From Myxococcota bacterium (GTDB lineage: Bacteria; Myxococcota_A; UBA9160; UBA6930): a DNA stretch of 64,000 nt. Below, piece by piece: positions 26,684 through 36,807 of the stretch; within the stretch, counting starts at the first letter, position 1; the number at the start of each line of letters is the position of its first letter. The notes under the pieces are model-generated. The model saw nothing but the letters and a program-made list of their open reading frames with translations. It was not told where the DNA came from and searched no databases. Location of the stretch: the NCBI GenBank assembly GCA_965223705.1, contig OZ245015.1:2976001-3040000 (forward strand), in the 5' to 3' direction. Made by a program: the position numbers and the translations under genes.

Positions 26684-27988
26684 CTACTGGCCTAACTGCA
26701 CCACGTTCGCGAGCAATTCGTTCGCGACCGAAACCGTGCGCGAGTTTGCTTGGAACGCCCGCTGGTTGATGATCAGTCGAATGAACTGCGCCGACAGATC
26801 GACGTTGGATTGTTCGAGCGTTTCGGAACGGATCGTGCCGAACCTGCCCGTCAACGCCGAGCCGATCAGCGGCTGGCCGGATTGCCTCGACTCGATGAAG
26901 TTGTTGCTGCCGGTCGCCGTCAGCCCTTCGGTGTTCGGAAAAATCGCGAGCGCGAGTTGCGCGAGTGGTCGGGACTCTCCGTTCGAGAATTGGCCGACGA
27001 GCAATCCGTCGAGGCCCACCGCGACGTTCTGCAGAGAGCCCGATGCGAAGCCGTCCTGTCGCGCTCCGTTGATCGTCGAAGTCCGGTCGGCGTACTGCGT
27101 CGTGAATTCGCCGTTGCCGATTCCGCCGAGCCCACCGAAATCGAGTTCCACCGACTGACTCGGCGTCGCACCTCCCGAGAACTCGAACGTCACAGGGCTG
27201 CCCGTCACGCCCTGGAGGATTCCGGCCGTGTCAAACGTCAAGGTGCCGGATCCTTGTACCACGACAGGATCGCCGGCGGTCGCCGGAGCCGTGGTGGTGT
27301 CGGCGGGCGGCACCGTGAGATTCCAATCCCATCCGCCGGGCCCGGTCTGCGTGAAGTACAGGGTGGCCGGATGGCTGTTACCGAGTGAATCGAACACGGT
27401 CACAACGGCTTGGAAATGCGAAGAGGAAGCGGGATCCGAGGGATCGAAGGGACCCACCAAAGGCTCCTCGACGAGCGCGTTGGAGTTGAGGTTGAGCGAC
27501 AGCTCCATCCCGGTTGTTGCCCGGGGATCGAGATTGGACGTCGCCAGTGCGATGTCACCCAAACCACCCGTCGGCTGTAGGGTCGTCGAATCGATTCCGA
27601 ACCCCTGCACACGCTCCAGCAGTGGCGTCGTCAGAAACCCCCGATCATCGAAATTGAAATTCCCTACCCGGGTGTAGCTGCGGCCTGTCGCGCTCTCGAC
27701 GACGAAGAAACCGTTGCCCTCGATCGCGAGATCGGTGGTTCGACCGGTCGTCTCGAACGTTCCCTGGGAAAAGATCTGGGTCACGGACGAGACCTTTGCA
27801 CCGGCGCCGGTTTGCGAGAACCCGCCGGCGAGATTCAAGGACTGACCCAACGCGTCTGCGAAGATGGCGCGGCGTCCCTTGAAGCCCGGGGTGTTCGAGT
27901 TGGCGATGTTGTCACCGATGATCGAAATCGCGGTCGACGACGTGTCGAGCCCGGTGACGCTGGCAAAGAGTGCGTTGGAAAGTGACAT
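26684..27988 (-). CDS. flgE: Flagellar hook protein
   Basis: IGDNIANSNTPGFK, DLAIEGNGFF, YTRVGNF, FDSLG and LEQSNVDL. GAGGA RBS before ATG 27988. Confidence 0.95.
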   Translation of the reverse strand: MSLSNALFASVTGLDTSSTAISIIGDNIANSNTPGFKGRRAIFADALGQSLNLAGGFSQTGAGAKVSSVTQIFSQGTFETTGRTTDLAIEGNGFFVVESATGRSYTRVGNFNFDDRGFLTTPLLERVQGFGIDSTTLQPTGGLGDIALATSNLDPRATTGMELSLNLNSNALVEEPLVGPFDPSDPASSSHFQAVVTVFDSLGNSHPATLYFTQTGPGGWDWNLTVPPADTTTAPATAGDPVVVQGSGTLTFDTAGILQGVTGSPVTFEFSGGATPSQSVELDFGGLGGIGNGEFTTQYADRTSTINGARQDGFASGSLQNVAVGLDGLLVGQFSNGESRPLAQLALAIFPNTEGLTATGSNNFIESRQSGQPLIGSALTGRFGTIRSETLEQSNVDLSAQFIRLIINQRAFQANSRTVSVANELLANVVQLGQ

Positions 27989-27999
27989 GGTGTCCTCTG

Positions 28000-28200
28000 C
28001 TAGTTCCGCGCGAGGGCGCGTGAAGCGTTCTGAACGTTGTGAGGGTCCGATTCGTAAGAGAGCGATCGCTCGATGCCCGCGAGACTCAGGGTGACCCGGG
28101 GCTCCTCCCGGAGCATGCGTCGAAGTACGCTTGCGAAGCTCTCTTCGCTCCGCGGCGTTCCGAGGCGGAGCCGTCCTAGCCACGAAAACAAAAAGCGCAT
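28000..28200 (-). CDS. Small protein between flgD and flgE, possibly a truncated TIGR02530-like flagellar operon protein
   Basis: ATG overlaps the flgD stop (TAATG) and the ORF ends just before the flgE RBS. It contains SFASVL...VTLS. Confidence 0.5.
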   Translation of the reverse strand: MRFLFSWLGRLRLGTPRSEESFASVLRRMLREEPRVTLSLAGIERSLSYESDPHNVQNASRALARN

Positions 28201-28856
28201 TACCGAGATTCCTCCCGGGACTGGATCGAGCGAATGTCCGACAGCGGGACTCCGAGGTCACCGAGCTGCACGGTCACGTTCCCGCCCTCACTCGAGACCG
28301 CGGTCACACGGCCTCGGACCAGAGGCGTTGTCGCAACGGCCTCGTTGGCGGCCTGGGCCGAGATCTCGACGAAGTACGTTCCAGAGGGCACCGGTGAATC
28401 ATCCGGCCACTCGATCGTCGTCACGCCAGGCGGTAGCGCCCCGAGTGCCGCGCGACCGACCACGGCGCCAGCGGAGCTACGCAACTCGACCGTCACGTTG
28501 TCGGCCGACTGCGCGAGCTCCACCGCGAGTCGGGGTCGCTCGCCCTCCGAGACATCGACCGCCGGGGACTCCGCGAGCACTTCGCGGTCAATCAGCGCAG
28601 CGGCCTCGAGCGTGGCATTGCGTTCCGTCGGGTTCGCGAGCCGATCGATGGATTCGCGCATGGCGACAAGCTGTTCGAGACTCGTGAATTGTGCGAGCTG
28701 AGCGGTGAATTCCGTGCCGTCTTGCGGGTCGAGAGGATCTTGATTCTCGAGCTGCGCGATCAGCATCCGCAAAAAATCCTGTTGGCCGATCGTTTCTTGA
28801 CGACTGCTCTCCTGCGGTTCGTCTACCGACGACGCGGCGACAATTTCTTCGATCAC
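28200..28856 (-). CDS. flgD: Flagellar hook capping protein
   Basis: DFLRMLIAQLENQDPLDP...FTAQLAQFTSLEQ. Confidence 0.95.
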   Translation of the reverse strand: MIEEIVAASSVDEPQESSRQETIGQQDFLRMLIAQLENQDPLDPQDGTEFTAQLAQFTSLEQLVAMRESIDRLANPTERNATLEAAALIDREVLAESPAVDVSEGERPRLAVELAQSADNVTVELRSSAGAVVGRAALGALPPGVTTIEWPDDSPVPSGTYFVEISAQAANEAVATTPLVRGRVTAVSSEGGNVTVQLGDLGVPLSDIRSIQSREESR

Positions 28857-28865
28857 AGCGACCTC

Positions 28866-30131
28866 CTAAATCCGGATATCTACGGCGCCCCGAGATGGCG
28901 CGCGCTCGTCGATTTGTCCTGCCCGCCGGTTCATCGGAACATCCGCCGGGCGCGCTTCCCCAAACGCCCTCGGCAATCGAGAGCGACTTTCCGCGTCGTG
29001 CTGTCCACGGTCAGATCCCGGCCGGTCGCCCGACGCGTCGTTCCAACCGCGGGAGTCTCCGTCGCGCGCCGCGGGAGATTCGTCGGCGCCGCCTCGCGTG
29101 ATCTGCACGTGGGCCGGACGCAAGTCTCGACCCGCGAGTCCTTCGAGGAGGAGTTCCTTGCCTTCGGTCAGAGCCACGAGCGCACGGGAGTCGTGGGCGC
29201 GGATGGTGATCTCGACGTCTTGATTGCGCACGCGGACAGCGAGCTCGATCTCACCCAGTTCGGGCGGGTGCAAACGCACGCGTGCCTGCCCTCCCCCGCG
29301 GCTCGCCAGCCATGAAACATCCTGCACGATCCGGGAGGCCCCTTCGGGCGGAAGCAGCGGAGCGGGATTTCGCGCACTTGACACCGACTCGAGTGGCAGC
29401 GTCTGCGAGAGCGGGGCCACCGGGGACCGCTCCGGGGTCCAGGAACGCTCGACGGGTGTCAGCGGTGCGGGCGCTCCCTCTCGCTTCTCGGACAGATGCA
29501 GCGCGGGGCTCTCGGGCTCCTCTCGCAGGGGCGGTGCCTCGACCGCGGTGCGTCGCACCGACTGTGTGGAGGTCGGAAGTTCCATCGCAAGCTCCGGGCG
29601 GCTGCGCTCGACGCGTCGTTCCGGGGCCGGGGACCGCGAGGGCTCGAGCCGGAGCGTTTCGAGAGAGATCGGCGGCGGAAGCTCTCGGCCTTCGACGGCA
29701 GGCAGGGTGCGAGCCGGAGCCGGCTCCGCCGGTAGATCGTTCTTTTGCGGGACCTCCGGGTTCGGCGGAACCGTTGTCGCGCGGGGCTCCGCCGGCGTCG
29801 GCGAAACCGTTGCGACCTGCGAGCGCGGTTCGGGCGCCGCGACCTCGGTGCCCGCGCCCGCCGGAATGTCCCGCGCCGGAAGTTGCGGCGGGAGAGACGG
29901 TTCGGGCGATCGACCAACCGAGCTACCGTCGGATGAGGCGGGGCGGGCTTCACCGACCGTCGCCGTGTCGCCGGGAAGTCCGCCCCGAGGCTCGGTCGGA
30001 ACGGCGCTGGCTTGCAGCAGCGCAGCCGCGAACTCGGCAACGGTTTCAGCGGTCGCCTCTTCTGTAGGAAGCGCCGCTTCGCGCGCTTCGACCAGCGTGT
30101 CGAATACCTGCTGTAGATATCCCGCAATCAC
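28866..30131 (-). CDS. fliK: Flagellar hook-length control protein
   Basis: Pro/Ala-rich N-region and C-terminal ARVRLHPPELGEI domain. GTG 30131 overlaps the upstream stop. Confidence 0.85.
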   Translation of the reverse strand: MIAGYLQQVFDTLVEAREAALPTEEATAETVAEFAAALLQASAVPTEPRGGLPGDTATVGEARPASSDGSSVGRSPEPSLPPQLPARDIPAGAGTEVAAPEPRSQVATVSPTPAEPRATTVPPNPEVPQKNDLPAEPAPARTLPAVEGRELPPPISLETLRLEPSRSPAPERRVERSRPELAMELPTSTQSVRRTAVEAPPLREEPESPALHLSEKREGAPAPLTPVERSWTPERSPVAPLSQTLPLESVSSARNPAPLLPPEGASRIVQDVSWLASRGGGQARVRLHPPELGEIELAVRVRNQDVEITIRAHDSRALVALTEGKELLLEGLAGRDLRPAHVQITRGGADESPAARDGDSRGWNDASGDRPGSDRGQHDAESRSRLPRAFGEARPADVPMNRRAGQIDERAPSRGAVDIRI

Positions 30132-31069
30132 GGCAGCGTCTCCGGAACGTTCGGCGGATCGGTACTCAGCGGATGGGCGACGTGTCGAGTGACCGCGAGC
30201 GCGCGAATCGGATCGAGCAGTGCGAGCACACTCGCGGATTCCTTGTGTTTCATTTTCGCGAGAATCTGAGTCGCCAGGCGCAACTCCAGTTCCTCGATCA
30301 GCGACGCCGCGCGAGGGGCAGGCATCGCCGCGTAGATCTTCGACAGTCTGCGCACGGCGTCGCCGTTTGCCTCTTCCCAGGCGGCGATGCGACGCGATAG
30401 CGTCGCCGCGATCTCGCGGATCTCCTGAATGCGTTCCCGGGACGCGGCCTCGAGCTCGTCCACCGCGGCTTCTCGCTCTTCGAGTTCGCGCTCCCGGCGG
30501 TCGAGTTCGGCGTTTCGAGAACGAACTTCCTCGAGAAGCGCCACCACGCCCAGGTCCGTCGCGGGTTCCGCCACCGCTTCGTCGGCCGCTCGGGTCGGAT
30601 GCGCGAGGGCGGCCACGCAGATCAGCGCGAAACCCCACCGCCGGCCGCGTTGCCCGATCTCGTCGAGGGTCCTCTGCAGTTGCCGTTGGCTTTTCTTCCG
30701 GTGCTCGCGCCGCGCCCGCTCGGCGAGCTTCTCCAGCACTCGGAGCTTGAGACGGCTCAGCTGCCTTCGTTCGTCGGCTTCCGCGAGCGCAGCCTGGCGC
30801 TGTCCGACCTCGTCCGCTCCCCGCGCAACGGCACGCGCACCGGACTCGAGCATGCGGCCGTGGTTGAGAACCCGTGCACCGCTTTCACCGTTTGCGAGCT
30901 GCTCGGCGAACGCGGCACTGCGTTCATGGATTGCGAGACGATCCTCGGTCATCTGTTGGCTGGCCCTGTCCCGGGCGCTCCGCGCTTTCGCGAACGCCAC
31001 TTCGTCCTTCTTCGCGTCGGTCTCCCGGAGTTTCAGAACGCGCTCGAATCGGAAACGCAGCCGCTTCAT
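30128..31069 (-). CDS. fliJ: FliJ fused to a MotE/FlbB-like (MgtE_N-like) domain
   Basis: N-terminal RFRFERVLKLRE...EKL...QRTLDE (FliJ), a central hydrophobic segment, a coiled coil, then LSKIYAAMPA..AA.L...LAKMK...A.VL. Confidence 0.75.
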   Translation of the reverse strand: MKRLRFRFERVLKLRETDAKKDEVAFAKARSARDRASQQMTEDRLAIHERSAAFAEQLANGESGARVLNHGRMLESGARAVARGADEVGQRQAALAEADERRQLSRLKLRVLEKLAERARREHRKKSQRQLQRTLDEIGQRGRRWGFALICVAALAHPTRAADEAVAEPATDLGVVALLEEVRSRNAELDRRERELEEREAAVDELEAASRERIQEIREIAATLSRRIAAWEEANGDAVRRLSKIYAAMPAPRAASLIEELELRLATQILAKMKHKESASVLALLDPIRALAVTRHVAHPLSTDPPNVPETLP

Positions 31070-32385
31070 GAGACGCCTCCGGCGAGGAGCGCTTGTAGAC
31101 GCGCAAAACTTTCGTCGAGATCGCTCGCGTCGTCTTTGGCCTGGCGCATGAACATCTGCAGCGACGGCTCGAGGGCTCGCGCTCGATCGACCTCGGCATT
31201 CGAGCCCGACACGTAGGCACCGATGGAAATCAGATCTCGCGCTTCGCGAAGCGCGGCGATCAAACCGCGCGCGGCGCGAGCGTGTTCGCGTTGCGGAGCC
31301 GCAACGACATCATCCATCACACGCGACACGCTCCCGAGCACATCGACAGGCGGATACTGCCCCTGCTCCGCGAGCTCACGCGAAAGGACGATGTGACCGT
31401 CGAGCGCGGCTCTCGCGGCATCGGCGACCGGTTCGTCCATGTCGTCGCCTTCGACGAGTACGGTGAAGATTCCGGTCACGGTGCCGCGCGATGCGGAAGT
31501 TCCGGCACGTTCGACGAGGCGCGGCAGTTCTGCCCATACCGACGGCGGATAACCGCGGGTGGCGGGCGGCTCCCCTGCGCTGAGCCCCAGCTCGCGCTGC
31601 GCCGTGCAAAAGCGCGTCAAGGAATCCATCAACAAGAGGACGTGGCGACCTTCTCGGCGGAGGTCCGCGGCGATCTCCGTCGCCAGGTACGCGGCGCGCC
31701 GCCGCAAACCCGCCGGTTCGTCGCTCGTCGCGACCACGACGATCGATCGCGCGCGCGCCTCTCCGAGGGCGTCTTCGATAAAATCCCGCACTTCGCGGCT
31801 TCGCTCGCCGATCAAACCGACGACCACCGCGTCCGCCTTGGCGGCGCGCGCCATCTGGCCCAGCAGCGTCGACTTGCCGACCCCCGAGCCGGCGAAGAGA
31901 CCCACCCGCATTCCCCGCCCCAGCGTGGCAAAGGCGTTGATGGAACGGACGCCGATATCGAGCGGTGTATCGATTCGCTGTCGCGTCAGAACGTCCGTGT
32001 AGACCGAGTGGTCCCCGGAGCGGAGTTCGAGCGGGGGCCCCCCATCGAGCGGACGACCCAACGCATCGATTACGCGTCCCATCGCAGCAGCGGCTTTCGG
32101 CCGGGTCGCGATCGCGCGGAGCGGCCGGATGCGCGCGCCGGGACCGACTCCGTTCAAGGCCCCGAGAGGCGCCAGCAAGCGGTCCGCATTCTCGAAGGCC
32201 ACGAGTTCCGCGGCGACGTGCGCACCGTCGGATTCGACTTCATAGAGGTCACCGATGCGCCCGCGGATACCTCGTACCACGAGCAAGGTTCCCCGCAAAG
32301 CGACGAGACGACCCTCTCGGGACACCAACGGCACCCGTCTCGCGTGATCAAAGCACTCGCGATAGAAGCCACGATCCAGGTTCAC
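31066..32385 (-). CDS. fliI: Flagellar export ATPase
   Basis: FAGSGVGKS, LIGERSREV, LMDSLTRF, GEPPATRGYPPS and LDGHIVLSR. GTG 32385 overlaps the fliH stop. Confidence 0.95.
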   Translation of the reverse strand: MNLDRGFYRECFDHARRVPLVSREGRLVALRGTLLVVRGIRGRIGDLYEVESDGAHVAAELVAFENADRLLAPLGALNGVGPGARIRPLRAIATRPKAAAAMGRVIDALGRPLDGGPPLELRSGDHSVYTDVLTRQRIDTPLDIGVRSINAFATLGRGMRVGLFAGSGVGKSTLLGQMARAAKADAVVVGLIGERSREVRDFIEDALGEARARSIVVVATSDEPAGLRRRAAYLATEIAADLRREGRHVLLLMDSLTRFCTAQRELGLSAGEPPATRGYPPSVWAELPRLVERAGTSASRGTVTGIFTVLVEGDDMDEPVADAARAALDGHIVLSRELAEQGQYPPVDVLGSVSRVMDDVVAAPQREHARAARGLIAALREARDLISIGAYVSGSNAEVDRARALEPSLQMFMRQAKDDASDLDESFARLQALLAGGVS

Positions 32386-33050
32386 CAGGATTCTCCCTCG
32401 TCGCTGCCGTCGGGGTCTTCCGCGTGTTGGAGGAGCGGCAGCAGCTCGTCTCGGAGCCGCGCGCCGAACTCGTAGGGGTCGATGCGAGCGACTTCCGCAC
32501 CGTCGCGAAGCTCCGCGCATCCCCGCTCGAGTGAGGGATCGGCCATGATCGGAAGGGCTGGCGGGAGCTCGCTCGTGCGGGCCGACGTATCGCGGAGTCG
32601 TGAGAACGCCGCGTGATCTTCGGGGGACAACGCCAGTTCGAATGACGCTTCCGGATTCTCAAACGAGGCGAGCGCCTCCGCGACCACCCTTTCAAGCGTG
32701 GACGGATCGTCGCGGAACTCTCGGCGCAGCAAGCCCTCCACCAACGAAACGGCCAACTCGATGGCGAAGCGCCGGCCCGCTTCGAGCTGTTCGCGCCGCA
32801 CGGCCGCGAGGCCTTCGAGCACGTTCCCGAGTTCGCCGACGAGCCTCGTCACGTGGTCGATTTCGGCCCAGGGCGCACTTTCCCGACCGGCGGTCACGCC
32901 CTCTTCGTACGCGGCCTCTTCCGAAGGAGTCCTTCCCGCTTCCGGCTCCGGCGTCGCGAAGGTTCCATCGACTCGATCCGCAAAACCGGTATCGGGACGG
33001 AACACGTGGTCGTTTTCGAGGAGTGGCCGCGGCTCAAACCATGAGGTCAT
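32382..33050 (-). CDS. fliH: Flagellar assembly protein FliH (divergent)
   Basis: Lies between fliG and fliI. AYEEGVTAG, LSPED and ADPSLERG. Confidence 0.8.
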   Translation of the reverse strand: MTSWFEPRPLLENDHVFRPDTGFADRVDGTFATPEPEAGRTPSEEAAYEEGVTAGRESAPWAEIDHVTRLVGELGNVLEGLAAVRREQLEAGRRFAIELAVSLVEGLLRREFRDDPSTLERVVAEALASFENPEASFELALSPEDHAAFSRLRDTSARTSELPPALPIMADPSLERGCAELRDGAEVARIDPYEFGARLRDELLPLLQHAEDPDGSDEGESW

Positions 33051-34035
33051 CGCCACCTCCGAGGTCGATCGTGAGTCGTCCCTCCGCTTCGAGAGCTCGT
33101 GCGACTTCCACGATCTGCTCCTGGATTTGCTCGACATCGGAGAGCTTCATCGGACCGAGAAGGTCCATCTCCTCCTTGATCTGATCGACCGCCCGCGAGG
33201 ACAAGTTCTCGAAGACCTTGTCGCGCATCTCGTCCGACGCGGTTTTCAGTGCAACCGCGAGATCTTCGCTCGACACCTCGCGCAGCAAGACCTGAAGCCC
33301 GCGGCGGTCGATGTTGACGAGGTCGTCGAACTTGACGAGGCGTTTGCGGATCTCGCCTGCCGATTCCGAATCGCGCTCGTCGACACCCTCGAGAATCGAT
33401 GCGGAATCATCCTTGGCCACGCGCTTCAAGACGTCGGCTGCGACGTTGGCGCCGCCCACCCGGGTCGAATTCACGGGAAGCCGCGTAAAGAGCTCCGCGA
33501 CGCCGAGTTCGAGATCTCCGAGGATCTCGGTCGTCACGGAATCGAGGTTCGCGAGACGAAACACGACCTCCGCACGCACCTCTTCGGTCAAGTCGCTGAC
33601 GATGCTGGCGGCGCGTTCCGACGGGAGCTGCGACAACAGCAACGCCACGGATTGGGGATGCTCGTTCTCGAGCGCTTCGGCGATGAACGACGGCTGAAAC
33701 GCTCGCAGGGTCCAATCGATGCGCTTCTGGTCTCGCCCCAGGCCTTCGAGAATTCGCTCCGCGCGTCCCTCGTCGACGGACTCGGAGAGGAGGGCCATCG
33801 CGCGCTCGCGCCCGCCGGATACGCTCTCTTCTTTCTTGCCGAGCGCGTCTCGGAACTCGAGCAAGACGCGTTCCTGCAGGCGCGGCGGGATCTCGTCAAT
33901 CCGTGCGACGGCCGCGAGCGCCTTCTCGACTTCGCGGTCGTCGAGCTGGTTCAAAAAATCCTGAGCGATGTTCGACGGCATCGACAGGATCACGATCGCG
34001 GCCTTGTCGGCGCCTGTGAGCGATTCGTATTCCAT
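33034..34035 (-). CDS. fliG: Flagellar motor switch protein
   Basis: KAAIV, EHPQ, GG...AADVL, LAVALK and NLSSRA...EEMDLLGP. Confidence 0.95.
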   Translation of the reverse strand: MEYESLTGADKAAIVILSMPSNIAQDFLNQLDDREVEKALAAVARIDEIPPRLQERVLLEFRDALGKKEESVSGGRERAMALLSESVDEGRAERILEGLGRDQKRIDWTLRAFQPSFIAEALENEHPQSVALLLSQLPSERAASIVSDLTEEVRAEVVFRLANLDSVTTEILGDLELGVAELFTRLPVNSTRVGGANVAADVLKRVAKDDSASILEGVDERDSESAGEIRKRLVKFDDLVNIDRRGLQVLLREVSSEDLAVALKTASDEMRDKVFENLSSRAVDQIKEEMDLLGPMKLSDVEQIQEQIVEVARALEAEGRLTIDLGGGDDLMV

Positions 34036-35625
34036 CTATTCCTGACTCAACCAGTTGCGGATCGTGTTTACGCCGGTCCCGGGACCCGCCGCCGCGACGT
34101 GTCCGATTTCTTCGGAAAGCGTCAGGGGCTCGGGCGGTGCCCCCTCCCCGCCTTCGCCGACTGCGACATCGACGCCCGAGACCTGGGTTTGATTCGCCAA
34201 CCTCGCTTCGAGGTCGGCGACCCGTGCGATCGCGGCGCCGTCGGAACCTAGACTGCCTGCAATCGGAGCGACCACGAACTTGCCGAAGGCAAAGACGCCG
34301 ATCAGCACGGCCAGCACGCGCACGGCGTCGGAGATCAAGACCAGGGTTTGCGGTGTGAGGAGTCCGTCCTCCTCTTCCACGAATTCGGGCTTTTGAAATG
34401 GCGCGCTCGTCACGGTGATTTGATCGCCCCGCTCCTCCGAAAACCCGACGACCTGCTTCGCCAGTTGTTCGAAGCGCTCGAGCTCTTCCGCGGGCCACGG
34501 AACGGGCGCCGCGTCGGGTGCTTCGGCGGGCCGGTCGCCGACCAGCACGGCGACGGCGAGCTTCTTGATCTGCCCCATAGGCGTGACGCTTCGACTGATC
34601 GTCTTGCTGATCTCGAAGTTGATCGTCTCGGAGGTTCGACGGCTGTTCGGGACCGGCGGACCTCCGCCAGCGGCGCCACCCGGGATGTTCGCGACGACTC
34701 CGGCCGGTCCGCCCTCGGCGGCCGCCCCGTCGCTCTCCTCTTCGCTCGACCGCTGTTCACTTCGCGCGACTTGCGAGTCCGGGTCGTAGGCCTCTTCCGT
34801 CGTCTCGCTCTCGGTCCAGTCCATTTCAGCACGCACGTGGGCCACGACCTGGCCGAGCCCCACCGTTTTTGCGAGCAGCGCTTCGATACGCCCAGCGAGC
34901 TCTTCCTCGACGCGCTCTTGGTATTCCGGAGCGCCACCTGCGGCGAGCTGCCCGGTCGGATTGTCTCCCAGAGGCGCCAGCAACCGCCCTGTCGCATCGA
35001 CCACGGTGATGTGCTCGGTCTTGAGCGACTCGATCGTCGAGGCGACGAGAAACACGACGGCGCGAACCTGATCGCGCTCGAGCTCGCTACCGGGTCGCAA
35101 CTTGACGACGACAGACGCTCGCGGATCCCGATCGCTATCGGCTACGAGATTGCGTCGTTTTGGGATGACGACCTGAACGCGCGCCTTGTCCACGGGGTCG
35201 AGTTGTTCGATGGTGCGCGACAACTCGCCTTGGACGGCGCGTGCGTAGTTCACTTGGTGGACGAATTCCGTGACACCGAAAGCCGGTTTGTCAAAAATTT
35301 CGAAACCGGTGCTGCCGCCGTTGGGCAATCCCTGACCGGCCATGCGCATTCTGGCCTCGTAGATCATCGGAGCGGGAACCTGGATTGTGGTCCCGCCGTC
35401 GGCCAGCTCGTAGGGAATCCCTTCGCGCGCCAGGCCGTCCGCGACCCGCGCGATCTCTCGATCTTCGAGGCCCCGGTACAGAGCGCGATAGTCCGGCTTG
35501 TTGGCGCCCGAGATGATCCAGCTGAAGAAGGCGACAGACCCGACGGCACTCGCCGCCAGTAGCAACTGTCTGCCACGGGACATTGCGCCAATCTGCTCTG
35601 TGATGTTCTCGATGAAGCCCGCCAC
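34036..35625 (-). CDS. fliF: Flagellar MS-ring protein
   Basis: GFEIFD, RAVQGELSRTI, ASVVVKL, NFEISKT and RGDQITV, with two TM segments. Confidence 0.95.
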   Translation of the reverse strand: MAGFIENITEQIGAMSRGRQLLLAASAVGSVAFFSWIISGANKPDYRALYRGLEDREIARVADGLAREGIPYELADGGTTIQVPAPMIYEARMRMAGQGLPNGGSTGFEIFDKPAFGVTEFVHQVNYARAVQGELSRTIEQLDPVDKARVQVVIPKRRNLVADSDRDPRASVVVKLRPGSELERDQVRAVVFLVASTIESLKTEHITVVDATGRLLAPLGDNPTGQLAAGGAPEYQERVEEELAGRIEALLAKTVGLGQVVAHVRAEMDWTESETTEEAYDPDSQVARSEQRSSEEESDGAAAEGGPAGVVANIPGGAAGGGPPVPNSRRTSETINFEISKTISRSVTPMGQIKKLAVAVLVGDRPAEAPDAAPVPWPAEELERFEQLAKQVVGFSEERGDQITVTSAPFQKPEFVEEEDGLLTPQTLVLISDAVRVLAVLIGVFAFGKFVVAPIAGSLGSDGAAIARVADLEARLANQTQVSGVDVAVGEGGEGAPPEPLTLSEEIGHVAAAGPGTGVNTIRNWLSQE

Positions 35626-35638
35626 CGTTCACCTCTTC

Positions 35639-35932
35639 CTAGAGCTGCAGGCTCATGATCTCTCGATAGGCCTCGAGAAATCGGTTCCGAAAAGCCACCA
35701 CCTCGTTGAGCGACAATTCCGCGCGACTGATCGCGAGCATCGTCTCCACGATGTCGCTTTCGCCAGCCGCGAGGTCCGTCGCGGCGCGCTCCGCCGCGCG
35801 CACGTCTGAATCTGCGGCCAGAACCGTGTCGCGGACCCGGTCGCCGAAGGGCTTTCCCGAAACGACCGGGGCCGCCTCCTTGGCGGACGTACTCGGAGAC
35901 AGAAGCGATGAGATTCGATCGATCGGATCCAT
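35639..35932 (-). CDS. fliE: Flagellar hook-basal body protein
   Basis: C-terminal RNRFLEAYREIMSLQL; lies between flgC and fliF. Confidence 0.93.
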   Translation of the reverse strand: MDPIDRISSLLSPSTSAKEAAPVVSGKPFGDRVRDTVLAADSDVRAAERAATDLAAGESDIVETMLAISRAELSLNEVVAFRNRFLEAYREIMSLQL

Positions 35933-35934
35933 CG

Positions 35935-36360
35935 CTAGCGGCCGATCTCTACCGCGGCGCGGGCCATGTCACGGACCTTGCGCATGATGAGCAAGTTGGC
36001 TTCGTACGATCGCCCGGCCGACATCATGTTCGCGATCTCCTCGACCAGGTTGACGCGCGGAAAGTCGACGAACCCTTGGTCGTTGGCGTCGGGATGTCCC
36101 GGTGCGAAACGCGCTACGGGCGGCCGCGGATCGACCTGCACCCGCGTGATGTCGACTTGTCGCAGGGCGCGCTCGAGGCGCGTCGAAAACGGTTTCGCCG
36201 CGGACCGCGTGGCAAAGACGGGATCGCGCCGCTGATAAGGCCCGCCATCTGCCGTGCGCGTTGTCTCGGCGTTGGCGACGTTCGATGCGACGAGCGCCAT
36301 CCGCGTGCGTTGCGCAACGAGGCCTGAGACGGCGATATCCGTGATGTCACCCAGTTTCAT
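35935..36360 (-). CDS. flgC: Flagellar basal-body rod protein
   Basis: SNVANAETT, PYQRR, PGHPDA and RSYEANL. Confidence 0.95.
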   Translation of the reverse strand: MKLGDITDIAVSGLVAQRTRMALVASNVANAETTRTADGGPYQRRDPVFATRSAAKPFSTRLERALRQVDITRVQVDPRPPVARFAPGHPDANDQGFVDFPRVNLVEEIANMMSAGRSYEANLLIMRKVRDMARAAVEIGR

Positions 36361-36381
36361 CGCTTGCTACCCCATCGCTTT

Positions 36382-36765
36382 CTAACGCGGCTGACCCGCG
36401 ATCGCGGTACGCCGCAGTGAGATCAGGCGGCGAATCACCTGGGCTTGGTCCGTGAAGGCGCTGGAATTGCGGCTGAGTTCGACGAGTTCGCGCCCGAGGT
36501 CGACGCCGTTGCGATCAGGGCGGTCCCCGACCGGGCCGCGTTCAATTCGCGCGCGCAGTGTCTTTGCGGTCGAGAGTGTCGAGCCTTCGGGCTTCGACAT
36601 CTCGAGGAAGGCCTGCCCCAGCCGGTCTGCGAACTGAAGCTCGCGCCGCCGATACCCCGGTGTGTCGGAATTCGCGACGTTCGAGGACAGCACGCCCTGG
36701 CGAGCGACCCGAAATTTCATCGCTTGCTCAAGCGCGACCAGCGAGTTTCCCCAGAGCGCTTCCAT
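36382..36765 (-). CDS. flgB: Flagellar basal-body rod protein
   Basis: RQGVLSSNVANSDTPGY and DRNGVDL; upstream of flgC. Confidence 0.92.
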   Translation of the reverse strand: MEALWGNSLVALEQAMKFRVARQGVLSSNVANSDTPGYRRRELQFADRLGQAFLEMSKPEGSTLSTAKTLRARIERGPVGDRPDRNGVDLGRELVELSRNSSAFTDQAQVIRRLISLRRTAIAGQPR

Positions 36766-36807
36766 CGATTCCCCCCAAGCGCGGCGTTTCGCCTCGGGAG
36801 GAACAAC

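Noticed and set aside
27989..28199. Possible riboswitch or ncRNA upstream of flgE
   Set aside because: No c-di-GMP riboswitch consensus was recognised, and the gap is explained by a coupled 66-aa ORF.
31282..35562. Long plus-strand ORFs opposite fliI, fliG and fliF
   Set aside because: They are antisense shadows with no recognisable domains.
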